From: Ignavibacteriota bacterium
GTDB taxonomy: Bacteria > Bacteroidota > Ignavibacteria > Palsa-1295
Assembly: GCA_963787835.1 (NCBI GenBank)
Contig: CAWBEI010000003.1
Coordinates: forward strand, 32,001 to 96,000
Length of the DNA: 64,000 bases
Direction of reading: 5' to 3'
The notes beneath the pieces are model-generated. The model had not been told where the DNA came from. It saw nothing but the letters and a program-made list of their open reading frames with translations, and did not search any database. Both the position numbers and the translations under genes were made by a program. The first letter of the stretch is position 1. The number at the start of each line of letters is the position of its first letter. This document shows, piece by piece, positions 29,426 to 39,738 of this stretch.

Positions 29426-30541
29426 CTACTTTATAAACGTGTGGCTGTCTTCATACTTCATCCCAAATGCTTCTGCAACGCCTTCATAAACAATAGCGCC
29501 GTCGATCACATTGAGGCCGAGGCGCAATTCTTTGTTCGTCGAGACCGCCTTTTCGTAGCCATCGTTCGCAAGTTGGACTGCATAAGGAAGGGTTGCATTG
29601 GTGAGCGCGATAGTAGAAGTCATCGGCACAGCGCCCGGCATGTTCGCAACGCAGTAATGCACGACGCCATCGATGACGAACGTTGGATTCTCGTGCGTCG
29701 TCGGATGGCACGTTTCGATGCAACCGCCCTGATCGACAGATACATCTACCACAACCGAACCCTCCTTCATGTCCTTCAACATTTCTTTCGTGATGAGACG
29801 CGGCGCTTTCGCTCCGGGAATTAATACCGCACCAATAACAAGGTCGGCATGTCGGATCACTTTCCGAATATTATATGGATTCGATACCAGGGTCGTGATA
29901 TTGCGCGGCATGACATCATCGAGATACCGCAAGCGATAAAGATTGGAGTCAAGAATGGTCACACGAGCGCCGAGTCCCGCTGCGATCTTCGCCGCACTGG
30001 TGCCAACAACTCCCCCGCCCAGTACCACAACCTCACCGGGATCAGTACCAGGAACGCCAGCAAGAAGAACTCCACGACCACCCATTGTCTTTTCGAGATA
30101 CTTCGCGCCTTCCTGGGGTGCCATGCGCCCTGCTACTTCGGACATAGGAATAAGAAGCGGCAGCGAGCCATCTGCTCGCTGGACCGTCTCATACGCGATC
30201 GCGATCGAACCTGATTTTACGATTGCCTCGGTAAGCTCCTTACTTGCAGCAAAGTGGAAGTAGGTGAAAAGCACCTGGCCTTTACGAATGAGACCATACT
30301 CCTGCTTGATCGGCTCCTTGACCTTCATGATCATGTCCGCCGTGTCATAGACCGATTTCGCATCGGCCAGCATCTCGGCGCCGGCCGCAATATAATCTTC
30401 ATTCTTAAACCCTGAGCCATTGCCAGCGTTCGTCTCAACGAACACCTTGTGCCCATGCGATACAAGTATTTCTGCACCGCTCGGTGTGAGCGCCACGCGG
30501 TTCTCGTTCTGCTTAATTTCTTTCGGTACCCCTATTCTCAT
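29426..30541 (-). CDS. ald: alanine dehydrogenase
   Basis: MRIGVPKEIK..ENRV, PMSEVAGR, DQGGC.ET, HYCVANMPGAVP. Confidence 0.96.
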   Translation of the reverse strand: MRIGVPKEIKQNENRVALTPSGAEILVSHGHKVFVETNAGNGSGFKNEDYIAAGAEMLADAKSVYDTADMIMKVKEPIKQEYGLIRKGQVLFTYFHFAASKELTEAIVKSGSIAIAYETVQRADGSLPLLIPMSEVAGRMAPQEGAKYLEKTMGGRGVLLAGVPGTDPGEVVVLGGGVVGTSAAKIAAGLGARVTILDSNLYRLRYLDDVMPRNITTLVSNPYNIRKVIRHADLVIGAVLIPGAKAPRLITKEMLKDMKEGSVVVDVSVDQGGCIETCHPTTHENPTFVIDGVVHYCVANMPGAVPMTSTIALTNATLPYAVQLANDGYEKAVSTNKELRLGLNVIDGAIVYEGVAEAFGMKYEDSHTFIK

Positions 30542-30717
30542 TTGTTCGTTTTACAAATTAATGATTCGATTGAAGATGATTGTAAACAATCTGGAAGAAT
30601 GTTTCGTCCGCAAAATAAATGCGAGGTTTTGGGTTGGACAAAAAGTAGCTCGGAAAGATACTCACCCGGCCGAATCGTATCAACGAAATCCATCCGGAAA
30701 AACAACTGCAACTCCGA

Positions 30718-31061
30718 TCAAGATGAGGCTAATGAAGACTCCGAGTCCGAGTTCACGTGACGAGTGAAACGGAATGCGTCGATTATGGCCCAAAGCCAAA
30801 AGATCACGCTCCACAGGGAAGCGACATCGTGGGTTATACGTGGTATCCACAGTATGTCCAGACTGCGCGCGAGTCGCTCGCTGGGATTGGCAGGGCGGGA
30901 TTGGCGATCGAGATCAATGACAAAATTAGAAAATTAAGATTCGCAATGACAATGGCGGCTGCGAGAATCGCAGCTCCCCTGTTTCCATCGCCAAGATACA
31001 TTTGGCCTGAACCCGGCACGATAAGTGATAGAAATCCTGCTAAGATTGAAGATTTTTTCAT
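30718..31061 (-). pseudogene. small membrane protein gene interrupted by a 2-bp TG duplication
   Basis: MKKSSILAGFLSLIVPGSGQMYLG...; the shifted frame continues WIPRITHDVASLWSVIFWLWAIIDAF to TGA at 30718. Confidence 0.65.
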
Positions 31062-31236
31062 GGCTCGTTTTTCAGGTTCAAAAATGGGAAAAATCCAAGT
31101 ACAGGATAATAATCCAGCAACAAAATAACCAAACGATATCCAAAGTGCAAAGTTCGCATCTTTCGGCAATAGCGCTATTGGAGGTGGTAAAGTTTATATA
31201 CCGGCTAAAAGTGTTCTTGCCTCAAGCCACTAAGAT

Positions 31237-32616
31237 TCAGGACGCCGGGACAACCGAGACAAGCATCAGGGATTTCTCGTCATCAAATAGCTTCCCCGCT
31301 TCGATGCGCACATCTTCCAGCGTGAGCCGCGCGATTTTTTCGACATCGCGTTCGATGGGATGATAGCCGCCGAAGTAGAGTTCGTTCTGTGCTGAACGCA
31401 TCATGCGATTCGTGACGGATTCCATCGGTAGCACAAGTCCGCCGATAAGCTGCTCTTTTGCGCGTTCGAGTTCGGCATTCGAGATCGGTTTTGCAACGAG
31501 GTTTTTTGCAATGCGCCGCATTTCGCGGATACTGCGTTCACGATTATCGATCGCGGTTGCAATATAAAATCCCACTGCTCCCGCATCCTCGAACGCAGAA
31601 TAAAATGCCATCGCATCGTAGGCCAGTCCTAATTCTTCACGCAATCGGAGATTGAGCCGGCTGCTCATGCCCACTCCGGCAATCGTTATGAGCGCGTTAA
31701 TGGCAAGATGCCTTCTCGCATGAATTCCCGGCGCACGACGTCCAAGAATGAGATGCGCTTGCTGTCCCGAAGCTCGCGAGATATTGTGCTGTGTACCATT
31801 CGTGCGCGGAAAATTAGGAACAGGAATGGAGCGGCGTGAAACATGGGGTGCAACATGCCGAACAGCGCGATCGACAGCACGAAAAAGGTCGTTATGCGAA
31901 TGCGAACCGCTCGCAACGATCACAATATCGCCGGCGCTATAATGTTTGCGGTGAAAATCCAATAACTTTTTCGGATCGAAGCTTTTTACGGTTCCAGGCG
32001 TGCCGATGATCGGTTTTGCGAGTGGATGCTTGCCGAAGATCTCTCGTTCGAACAGATCAAAGACGAGTTCATCCGGCTCATCTTCTAATCCATTTATTTC
32101 TTCGATAACGACCGCTTTTTCGCTTTCAATATCGCGGGCAGAAAATTTGGGACGTGTTGCAAGATCGAAAAGTACTGAGACGGATTCATCGAGATGCGTG
32201 GTGCGGGTCCATGTATAGAAGCAGGTATGCTCTTTGGTGGTGAAGGCATTGAGAAAACCTCCGCGAGATTCAATGGAACGCATGATCTCCCGCATGGTTC
32301 GGCCGGCCGTACCTTTGAAGACAACATGCTCGATGAAGTGGGCGATACCATTATTCCGGAGATTTTCATCCCGCGAACCAACTTTCACCCACAGCCCTAC
32401 TGCAAGCGATGAGGCACCTGTAACGTGTTCACTCACGACGCGAAGCCCGTTCGGGTATTCCTGCACTTTCACATCGACGGGAGCGATCTCCTCTGGTCGC
32501 AGATACCGTGCAACGTCCGGCGCCAGAGCTTTGCGTCTTGAAGAAATGATAACGTTGGAGGATGGAGAGATAAGTTGTCGTTTCTTAGATTTCAAAAGGT
32601 TTTTACTTAAATTCAA
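31237..32616 (-). CDS. M16 family (pitrilysin-like) peptidase
   Basis: GSRDE..GIAHFIEHVVFKGT, LNAFTTKE, SSRL..LREELGLAY; start uncertain. Confidence 0.92.
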   Translation of the reverse strand: MNLSKNLLKSKKRQLISPSSNVIISSRRKALAPDVARYLRPEEIAPVDVKVQEYPNGLRVVSEHVTGASSLAVGLWVKVGSRDENLRNNGIAHFIEHVVFKGTAGRTMREIMRSIESRGGFLNAFTTKEHTCFYTWTRTTHLDESVSVLFDLATRPKFSARDIESEKAVVIEEINGLEDEPDELVFDLFEREIFGKHPLAKPIIGTPGTVKSFDPKKLLDFHRKHYSAGDIVIVASGSHSHNDLFRAVDRAVRHVAPHVSRRSIPVPNFPRTNGTQHNISRASGQQAHLILGRRAPGIHARRHLAINALITIAGVGMSSRLNLRLREELGLAYDAMAFYSAFEDAGAVGFYIATAIDNRERSIREMRRIAKNLVAKPISNAELERAKEQLIGGLVLPMESVTNRMMRSAQNELYFGGYHPIERDVEKIARLTLEDVRIEAGKLFDDEKSLMLVSVVPAS

Positions 32617-32810
32617 AGATAATGCGAACGATAAGATAACAAAAATACGGGTTTATTTGGCCAATCCTTTCAATTCCCAATTTCAATGGGGAAGTAAATT
32701 AGGGATATGGCAACAATAACTTAATATACATATAATGGAACCGTATTCTCCTTTTGTCACCCACCTATAGCGATTCGTGTTTATAAATCAGCCCCCCCTC
32801 TTGAAAATTT

Positions 32811-33755
32811 ATGCGAATTGCACACCTTTCAGATTGCCATATCAACCTCAAGTATCACCCGCAGCATTTGCCGCGGTTGCGGAGGGCGCTCGAAGATGCA
32901 CTCGAACAAAATGGCGCCGATCATATAGTCATCACAGGCGATCTTACGAGCAATGCGGATGCACGCGATCTGCTGACCACCCGCCGTCTTTTCGAATCGT
33001 TCGGAATCCTGAAGAGCAGCAAACTTACCGTTATTGTTGGCAACCACGATATTTTTGGCGGGCCGCATTTGGCAGATGATGTGCTTTCTTTTCCGGACCG
33101 GTGCCGGAAGTTGGATTTCGATGAAAAAGTCTCGATCTTCCAGGATACCTTTGCAGAGCTTTTTGCAGATACCATTACTATGGATCCGGGTGGGTACCCG
33201 TTTCTAAAACGCATTAAGAATGTGTGCCTGCTTGGATTCAATTCCATTGCCCGATACTCTTTGATACAAAATCCGGTCGGCTCGAACGGTATTATAACAC
33301 CCGAAGCACACCAGCAGACTTTGAAGCTTGCAAAACATCACGCATGGAATACGGCCACATCCAGAGTGGCGCTGCTGCACCACCACACCTTCCGGCCGCG
33401 CGATGTTTCCCATTTAGAGCTTGCCGATGGAATTTCTCGGGGCGGCATTGCCGCGCGGATCGAGCAGCGGACGCTTAAGCTTCATGGCAAACGCCAGCTT
33501 TTCAAGCTCTTTAAGGCGATCGAAGTGGATATGATCATGCACGGACATATTCACTTTACAGGCAACTATGTGCGGGACGGCATTATGTGCTACAATGGCG
33601 GAGGAGCTGTTTTTCCAGTATTTCGTGGCGGAGGGTATTACTACAATTTAATCGAAATTAGCGGAAAAGGGCAAACATGTACGGCGATCAGAGTAGAAAA
33701 AAAGTTAACAAAGCCATTGCAGCAGGATAATATTAAAGCAATGTCAATACTTTAA
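32811..33755 (+). CDS. calcineurin-like metallophosphoesterase
   Basis: HLSDCH, TGDL, GNHD, LHHH, HGHIH. Confidence 0.9.
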   Translation: MRIAHLSDCHINLKYHPQHLPRLRRALEDALEQNGADHIVITGDLTSNADARDLLTTRRLFESFGILKSSKLTVIVGNHDIFGGPHLADDVLSFPDRCRKLDFDEKVSIFQDTFAELFADTITMDPGGYPFLKRIKNVCLLGFNSIARYSLIQNPVGSNGIITPEAHQQTLKLAKHHAWNTATSRVALLHHHTFRPRDVSHLELADGISRGGIAARIEQRTLKLHGKRQLFKLFKAIEVDMIMHGHIHFTGNYVRDGIMCYNGGGAVFPVFRGGGYYYNLIEISGKGQTCTAIRVEKKLTKPLQQDNIKAMSIL

Positions 33756-33782
33756 TTTCGGCTATTCAATAGGAGATCATGT

Positions 33783-33947
33783 ATGCAAAGCATCATTAAA
33801 CACTGGCCATTCTGGCTGCTCGTTTGTATCGCGATCGTGTTCTGCGTCAGCCTGACCGGGAGCGTGCTCCGTTTCCCGCTCGGTCTTGGGCTGCTGCGAT
33901 TCGCTTTCATCGTCAGCGAGCAAGTCTGGACGAAATTCAGGATCTAA
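33783..33947 (+). CDS. small hydrophobic protein (54 aa)
   Basis: MQSIIKHWPFWLLVCIAIVFCVSLTGSVLRFPLGLGLLRFAFIVSEQVWTKFRI; AGGAG upstream; fills the gap to miaA. Confidence 0.55.
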   Translation: MQSIIKHWPFWLLVCIAIVFCVSLTGSVLRFPLGLGLLRFAFIVSEQVWTKFRI

Positions 33948-34813
33948 CTATATTTTCTCATCCACGTCACTTGCCGTTTAGCATACTGACGGGTTCGAAA
34001 AATGATGCGTTCGCGCGCGTCCTCGAGTTTGTTCTTGCCTTCAACAACGTCATATAGCTCCCGATACCCGATGGCACGCGTAGCCGGCATTTTGCGTGTA
34101 ATCCCCAGTTGTATCAGTCCCCTGACTTCATCCATCCAACCGTTACTCAGCATATCGCTCACGCGAGCTTCTATTCTTTGCCAAAGTTCCGAACGCGGGA
34201 ATGATAATAACTTAAACTCCGGTGTGTATTCAAATGGCTCGGGCTTCCGCTTTCTTGTTTCGCCTAATGGTTCACCCGTAGCATAATAATGCGCCCATGC
34301 CCGTTCTAAGCGAATGGGATTTCGCTCCCGTTGTATCTGCGAGTATAGTTCTGGGTCGATGGAGCTAAGTTGCTCGTGCATGGCATCGAATCCCTTTTCA
34401 GATATATCTCTCTGTGCTCGCGTTCGTGCAATTGAGAGTTCTTCTTCGGGAATTTCAATGGAAGAAATGCCATCGAATAACGCATCGATATAAAACCCTG
34501 TACCGCCAACGACAACCGGAGTTTTATCACGCGAAATAATTTCCCGGATAACTTCGCGGGCGCGTTTGCTGTATTCTGCGGCGCTGAACTGCTCGTTCGG
34601 GTCTAAAATATCAATGAGATGATGCGGGATCTCGGCAAGGATTTCTTTGAATGGTTTGGCAGTGCCAATATCGAAACCGCGATACAGAAGCGAGGCATCG
34701 GCATTAACGATCTCGATGCGCGGATCGGAGCGAGCAAGACCCAGCGCAACTTCGGTTTTGCCGGAAGCGGTTGGGCCGGTGATGACTAATATTTTTTCTT
34801 GCACTTTAATCAA
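33944..34813 (-). CDS. miaA: tRNA dimethylallyltransferase
   Basis: GPTASGKT, DIGTAKP, VGGTGFY, TRQYAKRQ.TW. Confidence 0.95.
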   Translation of the reverse strand: MIKVQEKILVITGPTASGKTEVALGLARSDPRIEIVNADASLLYRGFDIGTAKPFKEILAEIPHHLIDILDPNEQFSAAEYSKRAREVIREIISRDKTPVVVGGTGFYIDALFDGISSIEIPEEELSIARTRAQRDISEKGFDAMHEQLSSIDPELYSQIQRERNPIRLERAWAHYYATGEPLGETRKRKPEPFEYTPEFKLLSFPRSELWQRIEARVSDMLSNGWMDEVRGLIQLGITRKMPATRAIGYRELYDVVEGKNKLEDARERIIFRTRQYAKRQVTWMRKYS

Positions 34814-34914
34814 ACCCTATTATAATCAGGGAAAACCCTCACTCTCAAATTAAAGCAAGGGTAATAGGTCGGTTTGAATTCATTTTATTTTTGATATTTA
34901 TATATCTCAAAGCG

Positions 34915-35421
34915 CTAATGCTTTACATGACCAGGCATACGAAAACTACAATTGTCGCAACCCTCATGATTGCCCGTATACCACATCATAAGTTCCTCTA
35001 TTCTTCGTTTTGTAATAGCATCTCTGTATTCATCTTCCTCTATATAGTAATAATATCGCTGTGGGGCTGATTCAACATTCCAATTATGCGGATAAGGAAG
35101 CATAGCACCGAGTTCGGCATCTCGATATGTCAACCATGCATCCTCCGCGAGTTTGAACTTTCGAATAAAGCTGGTATCATCTCTATAATCGTTTAGAATA
35201 GCTCGATACACAAAATTCAATGTTGAATCCATTTGCTTACGGTATTCGGCTGCCTCTAACGTCAAGTTCAAGTCAGTGGTCAATAACGTGTCAGTCCAAT
35301 CTGGAGGTATAATCGAATCGGCGCTTTGGGCTATTAGCCGAAAGTCATGGACAGGTGCCTGTGCTCTTGAAACTGATGGACTAACAACGCATAAAATGAG
35401 AAAAGCGAATAATGTTTTCAT
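34915..35421 (-). CDS. secreted LprI/DUF1311-like protein
   Basis: Signal peptide; D..LN.VY..IL, A..AWL.YRDAE, T..RI.EL. Confidence 0.7.
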   Translation of the reverse strand: MKTLFAFLILCVVSPSVSRAQAPVHDFRLIAQSADSIIPPDWTDTLLTTDLNLTLEAAEYRKQMDSTLNFVYRAILNDYRDDTSFIRKFKLAEDAWLTYRDAELGAMLPYPHNWNVESAPQRYYYYIEEDEYRDAITKRRIEELMMWYTGNHEGCDNCSFRMPGHVKH

Positions 35422-35482
35422 GCTTACAAAAATACATCCCATAACCCGCTGATCTTCAATATTCTGAAAATCATGGTTCGGA

Positions 35483-36148
35483 CTAGGCAGCCCACCCCTC
35501 AGCTCCGATCAGCGGCACGAATGCGAACGTGGTAAGTTCCTCGCCGGAAAAATCATCGCAATTGCGTGTGATGAGATACATTTTCTGATTTTGCCTTCCA
35601 CCAATAGGAATGATGAGCCTTCCGCCATTCGGGTTTAGCTGTTTGGTGAGCGATTCCGGCACGTCCGGCGCGCCGGCGGTTACGAGAATAGCATCGAACG
35701 GAGCATACTCCGGCCATCCGCGCGTGCCATCGCCTGCGCGGGAAATAATGCGGTGATACCCAAGCGCCTCCAGCCGCTTGCGCGCAGATTCTAATAGTTC
35801 GACATGGCGCTCGATGGTAAACACACGAACCCCCATCTGTGCAAGTATTGCCGTTTGGTAGCCGGAGCCGGTTCCAATTTCAAGAACTTTATCTCCCGGC
35901 TTTAGCTGCAACGCCTGCGTTTGATAGGCTACGGTATAAGGCTGCGAAATTGTTTGTCCTTCGCCGATTGGCAAGGCGGAATCCTCATACGCACGAGCGG
36001 CAAAAGTGCGGTCGAGAAAACGCTCGCGTGGAACTGCGGCTAAGGCTTCGAGCACTCGCTCGTCGGTGATCCCGCGCGAGCGTAGATCTGCAACGAGCGA
36101 TTGGCGGTTCTCTGAGACAAGTCCAGGATGTGGTGTTTGTAAATTCAA
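35483..36148 (-). CDS. pcm: protein-L-isoaspartate O-methyltransferase
   Basis: AYED.ALPIG.GQTISQP, VLEIGTGSGY, APFDAI.VTA, FVPLIG. Confidence 0.96.
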   Translation of the reverse strand: MNLQTPHPGLVSENRQSLVADLRSRGITDERVLEALAAVPRERFLDRTFAARAYEDSALPIGEGQTISQPYTVAYQTQALQLKPGDKVLEIGTGSGYQTAILAQMGVRVFTIERHVELLESARKRLEALGYHRIISRAGDGTRGWPEYAPFDAILVTAGAPDVPESLTKQLNPNGGRLIIPIGGRQNQKMYLITRNCDDFSGEELTTFAFVPLIGAEGWAA

Positions 36149-36179
36149 GTATCTACTCTGATTACGTTAGTTTTTTCTC

Positions 36180-36319
36180 GTCATTGCGAGGAAAGCGAAT
36201 CGACCGAAGGGAGATTCGCTTGACGAAGCAATCCGTTGATTTCGACGACGGATTGCTTCCCTCGATTCCTCGGGACCGGATTTTTCTCCCTTCGGTCGAA
36301 AAACCCTCCTCGCAATGAC
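36180..36319. repeat. GTCATTGCGAGG...CCTCGCAATGAC palindromic element (RPE-like)
   Basis: 12-bp terminal inverted repeat, inner GAAGCAATCC/GGATTGCTTC stem. Confidence 0.8.
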
Positions 36320-36359
36320 ATCGTAGGAGATGGAATCGGAGTTCTCTTCACTAAATATA

Positions 36360-37205
36360 CTATCTATCAAATGCTTCCCTTGCTTCGAGCGCGTAATCGC
36401 GGGTTACTTTCGCTTCCTGACTCGATTGCTTCGTATTAGCTACACCGGTGATGGCGCTGGCCAACCGCGACCGCATTTCTTCCGGCGTCAGATTCATTGC
36501 AAGCCTGCCGGATTGCGCCAGCGCGAGCTGCCCGGTTTCCTCGCTGACGACCAGCGCGACCACATCCGCCTGTTCCGAAATTCCGAGCGCGGCGCGATGA
36601 CGAGTTCCCAACATTCGCTGACCGATGCGCTCTACACCCGAAAGCGGCAGCGTGCATCGCGCGGCTTCGATATAACGGTCTTTAATGACCACCGCCCCAT
36701 CATGCAGCGGCCCTTTTCGATTGAATATAGAGACTAATAATTCTTTTGAAATGATCGCGCGGATCGGAAGACCGGTATCGACAAAAAGCTTAATATCGGT
36801 CGTGCGAATGATAACGATGAGCGCTCCTTCGCCACGCTGGCGTATTTCTTCCAGTGCGCTTACAATAAGATCGGCATATTCATTGACATCGAATCGAATG
36901 AAGAATTTTATTACTGGATTTCGACCGAGAAATAACAGGAGCCTCCGCAGTTCCGGTTGAAATAATACAATCAGCGCGATAACCCAAATATCGGTGAGCG
37001 TTTTGAGAAGCCATGAGAGTGCCTTCATATCTGCGGCACGAGCGATCAACGAGCCAGCGATCACGATCAACAACCCGAGAAATATTTGCGCGGCGATAGT
37101 CCCGCGCATTGCAACATATAATCGAAAGAATAAGAATGAGACCAGGAGAACATCTATCACGTCCATCCATGTCACCGTCAAAAATCCGAAATGGAATAGC
37201 TCCAT
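36360..37205 (-). CDS. cdaA: membrane-bound diadenylate cyclase
   Basis: 3 TM, FQPELRR, PLHDGA, GTRHRAA, VSEETG. Confidence 0.93.
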   Translation of the reverse strand: MELFHFGFLTVTWMDVIDVLLVSFLFFRLYVAMRGTIAAQIFLGLLIVIAGSLIARAADMKALSWLLKTLTDIWVIALIVLFQPELRRLLLFLGRNPVIKFFIRFDVNEYADLIVSALEEIRQRGEGALIVIIRTTDIKLFVDTGLPIRAIISKELLVSIFNRKGPLHDGAVVIKDRYIEAARCTLPLSGVERIGQRMLGTRHRAALGISEQADVVALVVSEETGQLALAQSGRLAMNLTPEEMRSRLASAITGVANTKQSSQEAKVTRDYALEAREAFDR

Positions 37206-37214
37206 AAAAAAGGC

Positions 37215-38252
37215 CTACGATTTGTCCCGCTCCCTGGTAGGAAATGGAAGAAACTCTGTGCGTTCGGTTGCCATTTCTTCATCGCCGCCATGCCCGGGAC
37301 GCGCATGGAATTTTTCGTAGGCTTCGATGATATCTTTCACTAATTTATGGCGCACCACATCGCCTTTGTTGAAATAGACGAAGCGAATGCCCTGCACATC
37401 ATTAAGCACATTTTGGATCTGAATCAGCCCCGATTGGCTGCGCGATGGAAGATCGACCTGGGTTTGATCGCCGGTGATAATGGCCTTCGAGCCGGTGCCG
37501 AGGCGGGTGAGGAACATCTTCATTTGCATCGGAGTGGCATTTTGCGCTTCATCCAAAATAACGAATGCACTGTTGATCGTTCTGCCACGCATATAGGCCA
37601 ACGGCACGACCTCGATGGTTCCCTTTTCAATATAGGTCTTCACTTTCTCGCCGGTCAGCATCTCTTGCAAAGCATCGTAAAGGGGTCGCAGATAGGGATC
37701 GACCTTCTGGGCCAAATCGCCCGGTAGAAATCCGAGGCTCTCCCCTGCTTCCACCGCCGGGCGCGCCAGTACAATTCTGTTTACTTCCCGATTCTTTAAA
37801 GCAGATACTGCCATCGCTACAGCAAGATAGGTCTTCCCGGTTCCGGCAGGGCCGATGGCAAATACGATGTCATTCTTTTTTACGGCTTGATAGTACTCCT
37901 TTTGTGTGGGAGTTTTTGCTTTAATCGCATCATGATGTGCGAAGAGAATAACGGAATCCAGTTCCTCACCGCCCATACCTTCGGGTGGCCCGGTCTCGAT
38001 GAGATCGAGGACGGAGGAAACGTCACGCGAGGAAAGCTTCCCGGCTTTGGAAAGCACGAACGATAGCTCCTTAAACACCCGCTCGATCTGGGAGACTTCG
38101 TTCGGAGCACCGTGAACGATGATGGTATCGCCGCGAGCTACAATGCTGGCATCGAACTTTTGCTCGATGAGTTGAAGATATTGATCGCCCGGACCGAGAA
38201 TACTCATCGGGTCGCCGGGAGAAAGCCTGATCTTACGCTCTATTACTTCCAA
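37215..38252 (-). CDS. phoH: PhoH family ATPase
   Basis: GPAGTGKTYLA, RPAVEAGE.LGFLPG, YMRGRT, DEAQN, DVVRH. Confidence 0.93.
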   Translation of the reverse strand: MEVIERKIRLSPGDPMSILGPGDQYLQLIEQKFDASIVARGDTIIVHGAPNEVSQIERVFKELSFVLSKAGKLSSRDVSSVLDLIETGPPEGMGGEELDSVILFAHHDAIKAKTPTQKEYYQAVKKNDIVFAIGPAGTGKTYLAVAMAVSALKNREVNRIVLARPAVEAGESLGFLPGDLAQKVDPYLRPLYDALQEMLTGEKVKTYIEKGTIEVVPLAYMRGRTINSAFVILDEAQNATPMQMKMFLTRLGTGSKAIITGDQTQVDLPSRSQSGLIQIQNVLNDVQGIRFVYFNKGDVVRHKLVKDIIEAYEKFHARPGHGGDEEMATERTEFLPFPTRERDKS

Positions 38253-38281
38253 GAAATATAGTTTGTTCTAAAATCGTGACC

Positions 38282-38325
38282 AAAAACAAAAATCGTCCTT
38301 TCTGCAACAGCAGAAAGGACGATTT
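38282..38325 (-). terminator. intrinsic terminator after the LysM gene
   Basis: 16-bp perfect stem AAATCGTCCTTTCTGC with a U-rich tail on the minus strand. Confidence 0.8.
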
Positions 38326-38347
38326 CAATGCCCTAATTAGTTAGGAA

Positions 38348-39091
38348 TCAATTTGTGCTTGCATGCACCCGGCGATGACGGTATCCTGTGAGATCTTTAT
38401 CCTCCGGCGTGATCGGCGACTTGAGAATCGAGAGCTGCATACCGGGCTGGATAATATCCGGATTATGGATCAACTCCTGATTGGCATGCCAGATCTTTGG
38501 CCACGCGAACGGATCGTTATATATCTCGGGCTTCTTTGCAATGTTCCAGAGGCAGTCGCGATCCTTGCGCCAGGTACCCACAGTGTAGGTCATATTGGCC
38601 GGAGTCATACCATGCTTCATTTGCATGAAGTTAGTCGAAAGCGTTTGAACGCGCTGTTTGTGATCCGGGATCAGAACCAGCTTATTGCCGCGAAGCATAC
38701 GAATCTGTGCTTCGAGAGCATCGACGCGAGCTTTATTATCATTAAGCTGACCGTTGTTCATCTGGCGAAGCGAAGCAAGCTCCTGCTCATCGCGGGCGAT
38801 CTGCTCACGATAAGCATTGTAGCCGTTACGATCGCTGCCAAGCATGGCATAGAGCGCATCACGGCATTGTGTGTTATCCGCCATCCGTTGCTGAACATCC
38901 GAAGCAGCCTTTTGAGCATTCGCCTGCGCGGTTGCTACATCAGTCTTCAAGCCAGCAACTTCTGCCGTGCGGAATTTGATCGTCGAATCCGCTTGATCTT
39001 TTGTGAAATCCTGCGGGTATTGAGCATGAGCTGTTGCACCGATAAGGAGCGCGACGCCAAGCATCAGAATAGTTTTTGTGATGTTTTTCAT
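38348..39091 (-). CDS. secreted coiled-coil LysM domain protein
   Basis: Signal peptide; YTV...DCLWNIA...WPKIWHAN..I.NPDIIQPG..L.I. Confidence 0.88.
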   Translation of the reverse strand: MKNITKTILMLGVALLIGATAHAQYPQDFTKDQADSTIKFRTAEVAGLKTDVATAQANAQKAASDVQQRMADNTQCRDALYAMLGSDRNGYNAYREQIARDEQELASLRQMNNGQLNDNKARVDALEAQIRMLRGNKLVLIPDHKQRVQTLSTNFMQMKHGMTPANMTYTVGTWRKDRDCLWNIAKKPEIYNDPFAWPKIWHANQELIHNPDIIQPGMQLSILKSPITPEDKDLTGYRHRRVHASTN

Positions 39092-39109
39092 GGTGTGTTC
39101 CTCCTTGAT

Positions 39110-39457
39110 TTACTGTTTCATCATCATTTTATCGCCAGCGGCAGGTGGGGGCATTACGCGCCAGTCAGCGCTATCCGGCCACACATTCGGCCACATTGCA
39201 AGGCCCGCCTGGGCAGCCTTCGTATCCGACTGGCAATCGGCCAGGTCGCGATCGGCGCTTGCTAATTTGCCCTGGGAATCCCGAAGATTGTCCTGAGCAT
39301 GCTGCAAGTCCATTTTCAATTGATCGCGCTGTTGATCGAGATCGTGCAGCGTTTTCATTTGCTCTTCCGTCGCTTTGTTCGAGCAACTCGTTACCAGGGG
39401 CGCAAGACCGAGCGCGGCAATGGCGACGAAAGAGCGAAGGGTTCGTGTTCGTATCAT
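39110..39457 (-). CDS. small coiled-coil lipoprotein
   Basis: Lipobox VTSC, heptad pattern. Confidence 0.75.
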   Translation of the reverse strand: MIRTRTLRSFVAIAALGLAPLVTSCSNKATEEQMKTLHDLDQQRDQLKMDLQHAQDNLRDSQGKLASADRDLADCQSDTKAAQAGLAMWPNVWPDSADWRVMPPPAAGDKMMMKQ

Positions 39458-39738
39458 AAGGCTCTTTGTGTTTAGCGTGATTCCAAAACGTCCTCTGGCC
39501 TCTTTTTTAAGGTGTCAGAGGTATGTATAGTTCTAATGATTACAAATATAACTCTTTTTTCACCCTGACAGATGAATTCCGGTATTCATTAATTGATATT
39601 TAACATTCAAAATACGCATAATTGACGGTGCTCGCTTGAATGAACAGTTTATAACAAATAGCAAATTATGGGCCAAAAAACGGGAGGTGATATTATCCGC
39701 CATCCCGTTTCTACAACAGCCTTCAAATAAGGAGCCGA

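Noticed and set aside
36130-36439. Short ORFs between pcm and cdaA
   Set aside because: They overlap the RPE-like palindrome and have no protein motifs.
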